A DNA stretch of 64,000 nucleotides from Monocercomonoides exilis PA203 (Eukaryota; Protista; Preaxostyla). Shown piece by piece: positions 36,305-48,100 of this stretch. A program made the translations under genes and the position numbers. The first letter of the stretch is position 1; every line of letters begins with the position of its first letter. Below the pieces are notes generated by a model, which saw only the letters and a list, made by a program, of their open reading frames with translations, searched no databases and was not told the origin of the DNA. The stretch covers positions 496,001 to 560,000 of the forward strand of contig LSRY02000016.1 of assembly GCA_001643675.2 (NCBI GenBank). Direction: 5' to 3'.

Positions 36305-38217
36305 TTACTGATTTGAAAAGTGAAGTGATATTTTCTTTCCAGCTCTCTGCCTCCTTGGTTTTTTCTCCGAAGCACCTTCTTCATTGTCTTCGTCATTCTG
36401 CTTTCTTTCTCGTTGATTCCTGCGAGATTTGAAACTCTTCTTTTTGTAATCTTCATCCTCTTCTTCATCCTCTTCTTCTTCACTTTCATCTTCAAACCCC
36501 TTCTCATCCTCTTCATCTTCGTCTGTTTCATTTTCATCGTCATCTCCTTTTGCTTTCGCCTTTTCCTTTCTCTCCTTCGACCTCTCCTCGCTTTGTTTCT
36601 GTGCTGCCTTTCTTTCTGGTGTTGCCAGCTCATCCACATCCTTCTGTGACTGCTTCACTCTGTGCGACACAGCAAGAGACGTGATGCGCATGTTAGGTAT
36701 CGACACACTGGCAACCAGCTGAAGAAAAGATGAAGACGACGTTGAAGAGGAAGAGGAAGAGGAAGAAGAAAGAGAAGAGGAAGAGGAGGAAGAAGAAGCA
36801 TCGTACGAAGTGTTGATTTTCCAAGCGCTGACGTTACCATCAGAACATGCACATACAACAAGTGGCTCAGATGGAAGTGCTTTTTCTTTGTTTCCAACTT
36901 GACAGGCACACATCGCCTTTATTCTGAACAACAGGATTTTAAAAAAGTGTACGTTTTGATTATATTGTCAATGAAGAATAAAAAATAAAAGATGATGATG
37001 ACGATAATGATAGATTGAAGATAATAAATTTTGAATGAAATATAAAAGCACAAACCTGTCTGTAAGAATTGGCAAAGGCTCTACACGAGTAACAAGTCCA
37101 GTGAATTGAACAACTGATTCATGATTTGTAGTTTTTTTGCTTTTCTCAGAATCATCATCATCATCTTTCTCATCATCATCTTCATCATCGACTTCATCTT
37201 CATCTTCTTCTTCCTCCTCATCTTTATTGTCTTCAGTTATTGCATCTTTTTCGTTAAGTTTCTTTCTTTTTTCTGCTTTTGAATTAATTGATTTTTTTTC
37301 ATTTGAAGTGGATGGAATGGTGGAATCTTTCTTATCATCATCATCTTCTTCTTTTTTCTCTTTTGATATGACAACAGCACACCACAACCCCTTTTCTCCT
37401 CCACATATTACGATCGTTTCCTTAAAACATTCATAAAAAATTTCAAAATGATGATCATTCGAAAAAATCATTTTCATACTTTGATAAAGCACAGGCTAAC
37501 AATACGAAATCCAACTTGAGCGGATAAAAGTGGTGCATCTCCAATCATTATGTCATATACGTATAACATTGTTCCGCTTGCCATTCCATACAATAGACCG
37601 GAAGGTGACCATACACAACCTTGAACACCTCCTTTAAATTTAATATTTGTTCGATGTGCAAGTTTACCATTGAGTAAATTAAGTAATGCAACAGCTCTAT
37701 CGGGTGTTGAACTGGCAAGTGCCATTCTTCCAGATGGATGAATTGACATAGTTGTTACAGTTGTTGGATGAGGACGTATTTTTCTCATAACTTCCCAATT
37801 TTGTCCTTTTTGAGTTGAGGTCCAAAAGATAACATGACCTTTTTCATCAGAGCTCACCATAGATGGTGGAAAGTTTTCCCCTGATAAGCAAATTGATGAA
37901 ATTGAAGATGAGTGCTCGTTACAAACACCAATTTCAGTCTTTTTTTTAAGATCAAAAAGGTGGATGAGCTCATCAGTTGCACCAGAGGCTAGATAATGGC
38001 CGGAAATATGTAATGCACCGATTGAGCCGAGATGCTTTACTGGCCCGAAATAAGGAGAAAAATTAAATGGTAAGTCCAACTTTTCATTGTCACTTGTTGA
38101 AGATAATTTTTGACGTTCGCTTTTTTGATATGATTCATTAGGAACTAGCTGATAAGCTAACAGCGATTTTTGATATGTTCCTACACATACGACAATGTGA
38201 TTAAGATCACTTGACAT
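36305..38217 (-). CDS. MAK11: WD40 60S-biogenesis factor MAK11/PAK1IP1; exons 38217-37480, 37420-37056, 36923-36305
   Basis: VGTYQKSLLAY, HLGSIGALHISGHYLASGATDELIHLFDLKKKTEIG, SIHPSGRMAL, RIK, SDGNVSAW, RITSL; acidic/basic C-terminal tail. Confidence 0.85.
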
Positions 38218-38390
38218 AACAAATAAATTTTTCTATGGTTATCATTCATCCATCCGATTGTTTTTAGTATTATTTTCTTCTTTGTTATTTCCGTTTTTCA
38301 TTATCATTCCTGGCAAATTAAAAAATGGATTGATTGAAAATATATGTTACGAATAACGATCAGAAAATTTTAAATTGTAATTTTCTCTTT

Positions 38391-41300
38391 ATGCTTTCTC
38401 ATATTTCTGCTTATGTTATTGGAACGGGAAGCAATGAAATGTATCCATCGCTGCTAGTGGATTTAAAATCAACAAAATTTTTGTTTAACGCTGGAGAAGG
38501 TGTTCAACGTTTTTGTCATTGCCACAATATATCTCTATCATCAATATCATATTTTGCTTTTACAACACTTACACCAAGATCTATAAGTGGCATTCCTGGA
38601 GTTATGCTTTCTATGGAACAAGCAAATAATCAACGCTATTCACTTCTTGGTCCTTCTGGTCTTTCCGCTTATCTGACACTTGAAGAACTTTATCTTTCGA
38701 GAAACTTTTCAAAAATTGTTGTAGAGGAATATCCTTTGAAGAAATTTGATAAACCAAGAATTTTAGACATGAAACAAGCATGCTTTTATGCTTTTCCTTT
38801 GACGAGTTGTTCAGATTCAGCACAACCATCAACTGAATGTAAATCGTTATTGCCATTGGAGGAAAAATCAATGGCAGAACTTCACAAAGATATTTATATG
38901 ACTTTAAAGGAATATCCTTCCCCAGTTCCCGATTGGTATGAAGCAGAAAAGCTTCACCCTTCTGCTCATCTTTCAAAATGTTTATTAAACCCAACTTCAA
39001 ATTATTTGATTCAAAAACATTTAATGCTTTCAAATAATGAAAGGCAAACCGTTATCGGAGCAAAATCTGAACCTGTTGTCATTAGATCAATAGTCTCAAA
39101 CCCAGTTCCACACATGGCAGTATCTTATGCGTTTGATTTGTTTCCTCTGTACGGGCAATTTCAAATTGAGAAAGCCATCGAAGCAGGCGTTAAAGATAGC
39201 AGGATGTATGGGAAGCTGCAACAAGGCTTGGATGTCACACTGGAAGATGGAAGAATTGTGAAGGCATCTGATGTGATGGGACCTGAAAGGCAGCTCCCGA
39301 GTGTGATTATTGTGGACTGTCCAACAATTGAGTTCTTCGACATGCTTGTCCAGACGTATGACGACAAATTCCATGCGCTGACAGATCGCTGCGAGCCAAG
39401 GAACCAACTGACAGTGGCTGGTCACTTTTTCCATTTTACGCCTTCGTCTGTTCTGTGCACTGAAAAGTATCGTTTGTGGATAAGATCATTTGGCCCCAGA
39501 GTGCAGCACGTGTTTATGAACGAGCTCTGCCCCGATGTGAATCCGGCAGATGCGCAGGCACGTCTACACAACACGATGTCACTTGCTGATCCGGTTATTT
39601 ATCCCCCACTTGCTTTTTCGCCTTCTTCTTTTTTGCACTCGAAATTGGTAGATGATGATGAAGATTGCTGTGATGGAGAAAAAACAGCATACACAAGCCT
39701 TTCCATTCCTGGTGCTTCTGAAATTGTTATGAAAAGGGGGTTTCCATGTTTCTTTCATCAGCCTTCTCACATGTTTTTTGCAATTCTCAACAAAAGAAAA
39801 GAAGACAAAGCACCAAACACTTCTTCAACTGATGTTTCTGATCATTCGATCTCAGCACATCCTGATGCCACTGCACATCCAGCTGAATCACAAGATCTGC
39901 ACGAGCTGTATCCATATGCCCAATCATCATCTTCTTCACAGCTTTCTCTTACATCTCTTTCTTCCTCCTCTGACTCTCAGTCAGAAGTGATTGCCAATGC
40001 AATGAAACTTGAACCCCATCCCTTTGCATTTGAAGACGACCTGGCCATTCTTGCACTGCCTTGCCAGCACTTCTTCTTCTATGAGCCGTCTGCTGCAGAT
40101 TTGGAGAAAGAAAGGAGGAGGAGGCTGCGCTTTGCTCAGAAGAAGATGGACGAAAAAGCGAAACCAAAAGCCAAAGTGGCTCAGGAAACGGGAGAGCAAA
40201 AGGCTGAAAAGAAAAGTTTTCGGCAGAGAAGAAAAGAAAAAGCATTGTCCAAACAGAAACAAGAAAAGGAAGAAAAAGAAAAACAAAATAAAATCGAAAT
40301 GAAATTGGGAAAGGAAACAAAAGACGAAAAGGAAGAGAAAAAGGGAGAAGAGGAAGCCAAAAGATGTAACATGAGCAGTTCAGATAGTAATTCTGTCAAA
40401 TCTCACGATGAATTGAATGAAAAAGCACCATTTTCACTTCTTGATACTTCGCCAATGCCATCCTCTGCTTCATTTCCTTCTCCATTTCCTACTACTACTA
40501 CTTCTTCTTCTTCTTGCTCAACTCAGTCCACTTCTTTTTCTCCTTCCTCTTTCACCTCTTGTTTTTCATCTAATTTGCCGTGTGACTCGACGCTTTCTCC
40601 TTATGAGACACCATCAGTCACACCTTCCTCTCCAACACCACCTCCCACTCCGCCTTCTGACTACACCCCTTCAACTCTATCCCCTTCTTCTTTTTCTTCT
40701 CCTTCTTCTCCTTCACAAAATGTGGGAATATGCTCTGAAACACCTGACAGCTCATTGACAAAATCTCCTTCTTTGTCTTCTTCATCCCCATCTTCTGAGA
40801 TAGCTTTATCATCCACAACAAATGTTTCACCAGAGATATCCAATGATAGCTCTTCTTCTTCATTCAGAACGCCCCATCAGATTCTTGCGCTGTTCATAGC
40901 AAACAGAAGAGTGGGTGTGGATATGAGAGAATGCGTTTCTTATTTTCATTCACTTCCACTCACCCTGAATGAAATGAAGCCCGAACTTCGCAAAATTCTG
41001 GAAGAGAGAATGAAACAAGGGGAGCAGATGATGGGAAATGATTGCAATGGAAGTGAAGAGAAAAACGAGAAAGAAGAAGAAACTTCAAAGGAAAAGACAA
41101 TTGAGGAAGATTATGAAAAGAGTGAAAAGAAGAAGCAATTATCACCAGAAAAACTTGCAAACATTATTGTTCTTGGAACAGGAGCTGCTATTCCAGGCAA
41201 ATATCGAAATGTGTCATCAGTTTATGTCGATTTGTCACCTCAGTGGAAGAACTCTTCAACAACACAGACAATTCACACATCACAACCTCTGTCTTCTTCC

Positions 41301-43448
41301 GCGTCTGCCTCATCTGAACACACTTCAATTCAAGTTGATTTAAAGCCTCATTTTCCTTCTTCTCTTCTTTTCGACTGCGGAGACAGCACATATGCCCAGC
41401 TCTACCGCCATCTGAACGGACTGAGTGAGGAAGAGAAAGAAGTCGCTATTGTTTCTGTGAAAACAATCACTTTATCACATTCACATGCTGATCATTGCCT
41501 CGGAGTCTGGCGCTTTCTGTGCGAGAGAGAACGCATTTTGAGGAGATGGAAGTTAAAAAGGAGCAAAGAAAAGAGCAAAGAAGAAGACAACCTCGATGAA
41601 GACGCACAGCTGACATTAATTGGACCCTGGAAGCATTTCTCTTGGCTGCGTTTTTTGAGTCTGCTTTGGCCTGTTTCATTCACTTTTGTGTGGTTTCTGT
41701 CTCTTGCTCCACAATACCCTCTGCATTTCGATAGCTCTCTGCCTTTTCAATCCTATCCTGATTACCATCATGAATACGTGTTCACGTCAACTCATCATAT
41801 TCTCTCGCATTCTGAAGCAGATGCAACAGAACTGAGCACATTCATAAATAGACAGAAAAGTGGTGAGGAAGGCTCACGTTCTCCTCTGTTTGATGCTCTT
41901 GTCGATGCATCTCTTGTTGATGGAGATCATTGCCTCGAGCTTCCATCTCATGGCTTTCCATCAGCCTCAAATACTGATTGTTCCAATGATTCTATCCAGA
42001 ACTCGACTTCTTTGTTTCCATCTCTTTCAGCCGTTGCACCATCCTCTGATACTTCCACACACATTTATCCTCGTGTATCGCCTTTTACTCTGCGTACTCC
42101 TGTATTCATCCCAGAGCCATACACTCCTTTCTGTCTTTCTGAGGCAGTTAAGAAGCACATAACAGGAAAAGTGATGAAGTCGCATTCGATTGTCCGTCTT
42201 GTCTTTCCCTTGACAAACCACTCTTGTCGCGGCAGCACAGGTGTTGTTGCAGACTTTGCTTTATCGAACCCTGCTGATCTGACTGACAAAGCATGCTACA
42301 TATTTCGTGTTGCATATTCTGGCGATACACGACCAACGCCATTTTTTGTGTCTGAGGCAGTCAACAGCACAGTGCTGATTCACGAAGCTACTCAATACGA
42401 TGCAGATGTGAAGCAGGCGATGGGGCGGCTGCACAGCACGCTGTCACAAACGTTGAGTGTTGCAGAGTGCGTGCGCCCAGAACTGGCGCTGCTGACGCAT
42501 CTGTCGCAGAGAGTGCCCAAGACAATCACAAGCAAAGAGATCATGTCCAATTTGGAGCTGTCGAAAAAGGAGCTCATGCTGACTGTGTGGAACAAAGCGG
42601 CACAGGAAATGAAAAGTCGGATGAAACAATCAGAGAAAGAAGAGCAGAAGGAAGAAGAGGTTGAGAAAAGTGACAATTCAAACAAAGACAAGAAAGAAGA
42701 AAGGAAATGCTCTGAAGAGAAAGAACCATCTGGAAGCCACATAAAGAACAAAGTTGAAGATTTGAATGCTTCAAAAGAGGTATCCTCCACACACAATCAT
42801 CTTTTAGAAACTAAAGTTGACCAATGTTCGACAAATCAGATACAACAAATTCAAAAAGAAGCTAAAAAAGAAAGGAATCATAAAAGAAACGACGAACACA
42901 GCGAAGTTTCAAAACAAGCAAAGAATCCAAAAAATAGCATCAAACACAAGAAAGATGTTGATGATGAAGATAAAGAAGACGAGAGCGAAAACGACAATGA
43001 AGTTGAAGAACAAGAAGAAGAACAAGAAGGCGATTCCAATGTGCAGTTTCCAACGCAGCTCGATTCGCCAATTGGCTCGCTTATCCATTTGGGAGTGAAC
43101 AGGCAGTTGGTCAGCAGCACTCCGCAGCACATCAAAGACGAAGTGTCTCATTTGCCTATGCACACAGAAATAGGCTCCAGCATTGATTTCGTTCTTGCGT
43201 CAGACCACATCACCATTCCCATCTGCTGTGGCAGTTCCACAGACGACTCAGATTCCTCTACTTCTTCCACTTCCACCGCTGCGGAACACAAGCAGCATCT
43301 TCGCATGCTGCCTGCCAAAGTATATCGCTCGCCTTTCACTAAATCGTACAGTTCTTTGATTGACATTCTGTCACTGATGCGTAATGATGATAGAAAAACA
43401 ACGAAAAAGCAAGAAATAGTTGCTCAGTGGAGGAATGAACTTACTTGA
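38391..43448 (+). CDS. ELAC2: tRNase Z long form (ELAC2/Trz1), ~1685 aa with large low-complexity inserts
   Basis: Pseudo-motif FLFNAGEGVQR; exosite FQIEKAIEAGV...KLQQGLDVTLEDG; LGTGAAIPGKYRNVS; LFDCGD; SHSHADH; YSGDTRP; LIHEAT; HST; LTHLSQR. First ATG is at 38391. Confidence 0.93.
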   Translation: MLSHISAYVIGTGSNEMYPSLLVDLKSTKFLFNAGEGVQRFCHCHNISLSSISYFAFTTLTPRSISGIPGVMLSMEQANNQRYSLLGPSGLSAYLTLEELYLSRNFSKIVVEEYPLKKFDKPRILDMKQACFYAFPLTSCSDSAQPSTECKSLLPLEEKSMAELHKDIYMTLKEYPSPVPDWYEAEKLHPSAHLSKCLLNPTSNYLIQKHLMLSNNERQTVIGAKSEPVVIRSIVSNPVPHMAVSYAFDLFPLYGQFQIEKAIEAGVKDSRMYGKLQQGLDVTLEDGRIVKASDVMGPERQLPSVIIVDCPTIEFFDMLVQTYDDKFHALTDRCEPRNQLTVAGHFFHFTPSSVLCTEKYRLWIRSFGPRVQHVFMNELCPDVNPADAQARLHNTMSLADPVIYPPLAFSPSSFLHSKLVDDDEDCCDGEKTAYTSLSIPGASEIVMKRGFPCFFHQPSHMFFAILNKRKEDKAPNTSSTDVSDHSISAHPDATAHPAESQDLHELYPYAQSSSSSQLSLTSLSSSSDSQSEVIANAMKLEPHPFAFEDDLAILALPCQHFFFYEPSAADLEKERRRRLRFAQKKMDEKAKPKAKVAQETGEQKAEKKSFRQRRKEKALSKQKQEKEEKEKQNKIEMKLGKETKDEKEEKKGEEEAKRCNMSSSDSNSVKSHDELNEKAPFSLLDTSPMPSSASFPSPFPTTTTSSSSCSTQSTSFSPSSFTSCFSSNLPCDSTLSPYETPSVTPSSPTPPPTPPSDYTPSTLSPSSFSSPSSPSQNVGICSETPDSSLTKSPSLSSSSPSSEIALSSTTNVSPEISNDSSSSSFRTPHQILALFIANRRVGVDMRECVSYFHSLPLTLNEMKPELRKILEERMKQGEQMMGNDCNGSEEKNEKEEETSKEKTIEEDYEKSEKKKQLSPEKLANIIVLGTGAAIPGKYRNVSSVYVDLSPQWKNSSTTQTIHTSQPLSSSASASSEHTSIQVDLKPHFPSSLLFDCGDSTYAQLYRHLNGLSEEEKEVAIVSVKTITLSHSHADHCLGVWRFLCERERILRRWKLKRSKEKSKEEDNLDEDAQLTLIGPWKHFSWLRFLSLLWPVSFTFVWFLSLAPQYPLHFDSSLPFQSYPDYHHEYVFTSTHHILSHSEADATELSTFINRQKSGEEGSRSPLFDALVDASLVDGDHCLELPSHGFPSASNTDCSNDSIQNSTSLFPSLSAVAPSSDTSTHIYPRVSPFTLRTPVFIPEPYTPFCLSEAVKKHITGKVMKSHSIVRLVFPLTNHSCRGSTGVVADFALSNPADLTDKACYIFRVAYSGDTRPTPFFVSEAVNSTVLIHEATQYDADVKQAMGRLHSTLSQTLSVAECVRPELALLTHLSQRVPKTITSKEIMSNLELSKKELMLTVWNKAAQEMKSRMKQSEKEEQKEEEVEKSDNSNKDKKEERKCSEEKEPSGSHIKNKVEDLNASKEVSSTHNHLLETKVDQCSTNQIQQIQKEAKKERNHKRNDEHSEVSKQAKNPKNSIKHKKDVDDEDKEDESENDNEVEEQEEEQEGDSNVQFPTQLDSPIGSLIHLGVNRQLVSSTPQHIKDEVSHLPMHTEIGSSIDFVLASDHITIPICCGSSTDDSDSSTSSTSTAAEHKQHLRMLPAKVYRSPFTKSYSSLIDILSLMRNDDRKTTKKQEIVAQWRNELT

Positions 43449-43741
43449 TTCGCAGGACTGTAAATAACGAATTCTAACAACTATTCGATGTTATCTGTAA
43501 ATATGTTTATGACTTTGCACATTCTGCAATATCTTTAATTTTGCTTGTTGTTTTTTTTGTTTTTTTCACTGTTTGTGTTTTGTTCTATTATTTTTTCTTT
43601 TTCTTTTCAAAATTACAAATGCGTGTTATTGCTTTTTCTAAGAAAGAATTTACAAACATGATAAATAACAAAGTATCACGAATAATATTGAGATCCACAG
43701 CAGCTTGAAAATACTATGAAGTGCAAAGAATTGATGAAAGT

Positions 43742-44711
43742 TTATGCAGCGACTTGTTCTTGCTCTGGTTCCTTTGTTTCAGGAACAGCAGCTGCCTCAA
43801 GAGCAGCAGCCTGAGCAGCTTGAGCTGACTGAGAATCAGAATAGAATTCCAACAGTTTCGACACATCCATCTTTGGTGCCTTGATAACTTTCACTTTGCG
43901 GATGAGAACATTGTGAAGAGGGAAAATAGTCTTTGTAACTTTTTCAATCTCTTTTCCCATTGATTCTGTTTGAAGCTTCACAACAACGCCGCGAAGATCA
44001 CTTTCCTGGCATTGACGGCGGATGACTTCAACCATCTTCTTTCTGATTTGGCGAACTTTTTGGCCTTGAGCGTAGGCTGTCTTCTTGACTGATCCTCTCA
44101 AGTGACGTGTGAAGCCGATGCAGAACACGCGAAGAACGTATCCGTCGCTTGTCTTAACATCTGCATGCGCCTCAATAAGAGTTTGCCACTTCTTGATCAT
44201 TGAGCGCAATTTGTCAGCTGTGATTGTCATTCCGTGGAAGTTGGTCAAGCAGTTGGCTCCTTGAACATCCTCGCATCTCAAGCGGATTTTGCGGAATTGA
44301 TCAACATCACCACCCTGGTTAAGATCAGCAAGGAATGCTTCAAAAACGCGACCTTTCAAAGCATCCTTTGCAAGTTCTTAAAAAAAAAAAAGAATAAATA
44401 AATCAAAAAGTTTTGATTGATGTCGTTTTAAAATTTGATTTAAAATAACCAAAATAAACGATTTAAAATAATTATAAATTATCAAACTTGTTCCCTGTGA
44501 ACGGTTGACAAATGTCTTTCCAAGAACACGGTTTGTGAAGCAGTTTGGAACTTTCACTTCGTACCATTCCTTACGTGCAAATGGATCAACGCTAAATCAA
44601 AAAATAACCTTAGATGCAAGCATTTTTTCTTTTAAGACAATTTACATACACCTTCTTCTTTCCTCCCTTCTTTGTTCCTTTGGACAATTTCTTGTTCTTT
44701 CCAAGTGCCAT
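43742..44711 (-). CDS. RPS3A: 40S ribosomal protein S3a (eS1); exons 44711-44650, 44591-44488, 44376-43742
   Basis: [12 protein letters not shown]...[14 protein letters not shown]; LKGRVFE; CLTNFHGM; [10 protein letters not shown]; [13 protein letters not shown]. Confidence 0.97.
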
Positions 44712-45171
44712 ACTGTGGACTTAACGTTAAAATATCATAAAAAATAAAATAACAATCAAAATTTGTTAAATTTTGATATCGAAAATCAAAAACTGACATT
44801 GCTATTGATAAAATAAAAGCAAACTGAGATTTTGATCTTAATAGAAAACCCTTTGCTGACAGTGACCCTCAATTTGAAATTTTCAAATTGAAAAATTCTA
44901 TAAAAAGATAAATATTTTTTTAAAATTTAATATATGAAATTTGAAATATATTTTTGCGAAAAGACAAGGACACTTTTTGCATCGTTTTGATGAATTACTC
45001 ATTTGAGGAAAATAATTCCTTTTCTTTTAAATAAAAAGATATCAAATCAACGAAACTGCAAATAACCTTGCCATTCACAATTGCTTTCAATTGATATGTG
45101 TATGCATTTAACAATCGAATTTTTTTGAATCAATTGAATAAACCACAATAAAAATTACAAATCTCATATGG

Positions 45172-48100
45172 ATGGAAGAAAAATGTAATTGCGTTTTAGA
45201 CGCAAATCAGACTTATAAACATCTTAAAGCTTTTGAAGAAATAAAAATTAATGTTTTTAGTTTTTTAAACAAGCATTATTTTCCGTTTTTAGCAAGTTAT
45301 GAACAAAATATCGAAAATGGAAGCATTGAGCTTATAGCTAAAGTAGAAACACTCAAAACGTTTAGCAATACAATAACAAATAAAATTGAATCTTTATCAT
45401 ATGATGTTTGAGTTATTTTTTGTTTTAATTTTGTATTTGACGAAATGAAAAAAATTTTTCATTTTTTCTAGTTTTTCATTCATATGATGTGTGAACTGTT
45501 ACTAGCAGTTAAATTTATTTTAACATTAAATATCAAGACAAGTGTTATTGATCGAGAATGCTTACTGTTTGACACAGAAGACCATGTTCGTTTTTTATGC
45601 TTTTCAAGCCAAACAAATCATATTCCGATTTTTTGCACCAAAACTGAAAGGTTGAAGCATCATTGCTTTTTTTAAATGACCGTTGATTTTTAAATGTGAT
45701 ATAGTGAGGAATTTCAGAGTTTATGCCTCAAAAGTATTGGCGCTTTAATGATTGAAAATATCACAATACTTGAAGCCAAAAATCAATCAAACGTTCTTCA
45801 AGGAGCAAAAGGTGACATTCATATTATGAAGGAATTAATTGAAAATATTTTCTGCGAAGAGGTTTGAACCACTTGTTTTAATTTTGAGTTGATCATTGAT
45901 AAGAAATTGTTATTGTTGTTATGAAAAGCGTACTGTTGATGATTGTCTTCTTTCTCCCATTTTTTCAGATTATCTTTCAGAGTTACGTGCTGAGCGAGCT
46001 ATGGAACAAATCTTTTTATCAGTTAGCTTCGAAAAGTCAGCAAATGAAATGAAGTTAAGAGCCTTGGACAGCTCAATATATCATCATCATCATCATCAGC
46101 CTTCATCTGCAAAGCAGCATTTTCAGAAAGATGAACCAGAAACTGAAACCCTCAGCGAGCGAGGGACAGTTCTCCGCTTGACAAGCGAAAACAGCTCAAT
46201 GGCTTCTATGTCATCTCGAAAGACAGACTCAGAACAGCCAGCACAAACTGAACTGTCTGCTCAGCATTTGATGAGTGAATGTGATTCTGTGATGGCATCT
46301 CCTATTTATTCGCCGAGCCCCTTTCAGCTGATGAGCCCTTTGCGCGCATATGCAGGCAAGCCATCCTCATTTTCTTCTTCTTCTTCTTCTTCAATGGCAT
46401 CTTTTTCATCTGTCTCATCATCATTATCTTCTTCTTCTTCTTCTTCAACATCAGAACTTGAATCTCAACGAGATACGAAGAGTTATTTGGAATGCTCCCA
46501 GAAAACAGCCATTCATCCATCATCGTATTCATTCAGTGTATCATCAGACAGCGATTCTTCCTCTGTCATCTACACTTCCTCTTCTCCTCCTCCACATGAC
46601 CAGCACTTGTGGGGAAAAGTATGCATTTTCACTGTTTTCATGCATTTTTTTCTGTTGAAATGAAATTATTCTGTTCACAATATTTTGCTGGAATAAATGG
46701 AGAAAATTCGATTCAAACAATATTCTTTTTGTAAAAGCGTTTTTCCTTTCAGAAATTAATGTTTTATGTTCTCAATTAATTGCAATCTTTCATTATTCTC
46801 ATATTACCAATCGTTACACGCATTATTATTAATTAACACATTTATTCTTCTTCTTCTTTCCTTCAGTTTGAGTCCAAGTTTTCCGGCTGGTCCCTCCGCG
46901 ATCTCGAAACACGCCAAAAGGAGAACCAGAATCTTCTGCGTCTTCTCGATTCTCTTTCCCAGTCATCACACACACAACAGAATGTGGCTGAAACAAAAGA
47001 GCAGCTAAATTCAAAAAACATGTCAGCATTCGATAAATCAGCATATTCTTCAGCATTACCCTCAGCATCAGCCTCATATTCAGCCTCACAATCAAATTTG
47101 ACATGTTTCAATTCCTCTTTCTCTTCTTCTTCTTCCTCCTCCTCCTCATCATCGTCGAAGCTGTCTGATTTCCCAAACTCTTCTCTTTCTTTGCATGCTC
47201 CTCTCCACATCGGAAATATCAACCCATTCACTTCTTCTCTGCCTGACTACAAAACAGACAGAGGATCAGCTGCAGCTGATGATAGAAGCATAGCTGAATC
47301 GTCTTTCTTGTCTTTGTCTTCTTCATATTCTTCATATTCATCATCATCTTCTTCTTCTTCAATGACATCCAATGAGATTCAAATGGCATCTCAATCAGAT
47401 TTGTCAAAAAAGCCTCTTTCACCTTCACCTTCCTCCTCCTCTTCTTCTTCAGCAATCACATTTCCTCTTTCTTTTCCATCTTCAGACACAACAATGCAAT
47501 TATCATCGCTTTCAATACCTTCAAGCTCATCATCATCATCATCTTCTTCTTCTTCTTCTTTTTCTTCTTCTAATTCATTAGCACACTCATCTGAAATGAA
47601 CACAGCCAAAAATGCGATCGAAAGAATTTCATCACAGAATTTGTCATCTGAACAGCTTGGAATGCAGGCAAGTGATGAAGACATGGAAGATCTTTGGTAT
47701 GAAATATTAATGAAATGAAGAATTTAATCCATGTTTGTTGATATTTGTGATTTATTTTTTTTGGTTTTATCTTTATTTTTTTATTTTATTTTTTGTTTAT
47801 TTATTGACTTGCACATGTTTGATCAATAATATTTTTTTCTTTCGTCATTTCTTTTTTCTCTTCCCTTTTTTCTCTTCTCCCTTCCTTCCTTCCTTCCATT
47901 CATCCATCCATCCATCCGCTCTCTCATTCCACCAGGCAATCCGACGACCTCACCATCATCAGCACCCTCGAGCACCGTGTGCAGCTCCTCACACACACCC
48001 TCCACCCTTCCTTCGCTGGCTTCTCCCTCCGGTTTCTCGACTTCCTCCTGTCTGCCATCTCTTCGGTCCCTTCCTCTGCCCTCGCTGCTTCTGTGCCCCA

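Noticed and set aside
38334-38390. ORF-track N-terminal extension of tRNase Z as a targeting peptide
   Set aside because: It begins at a TTG in AT-rich intergenic DNA; the first ATG is at 38391
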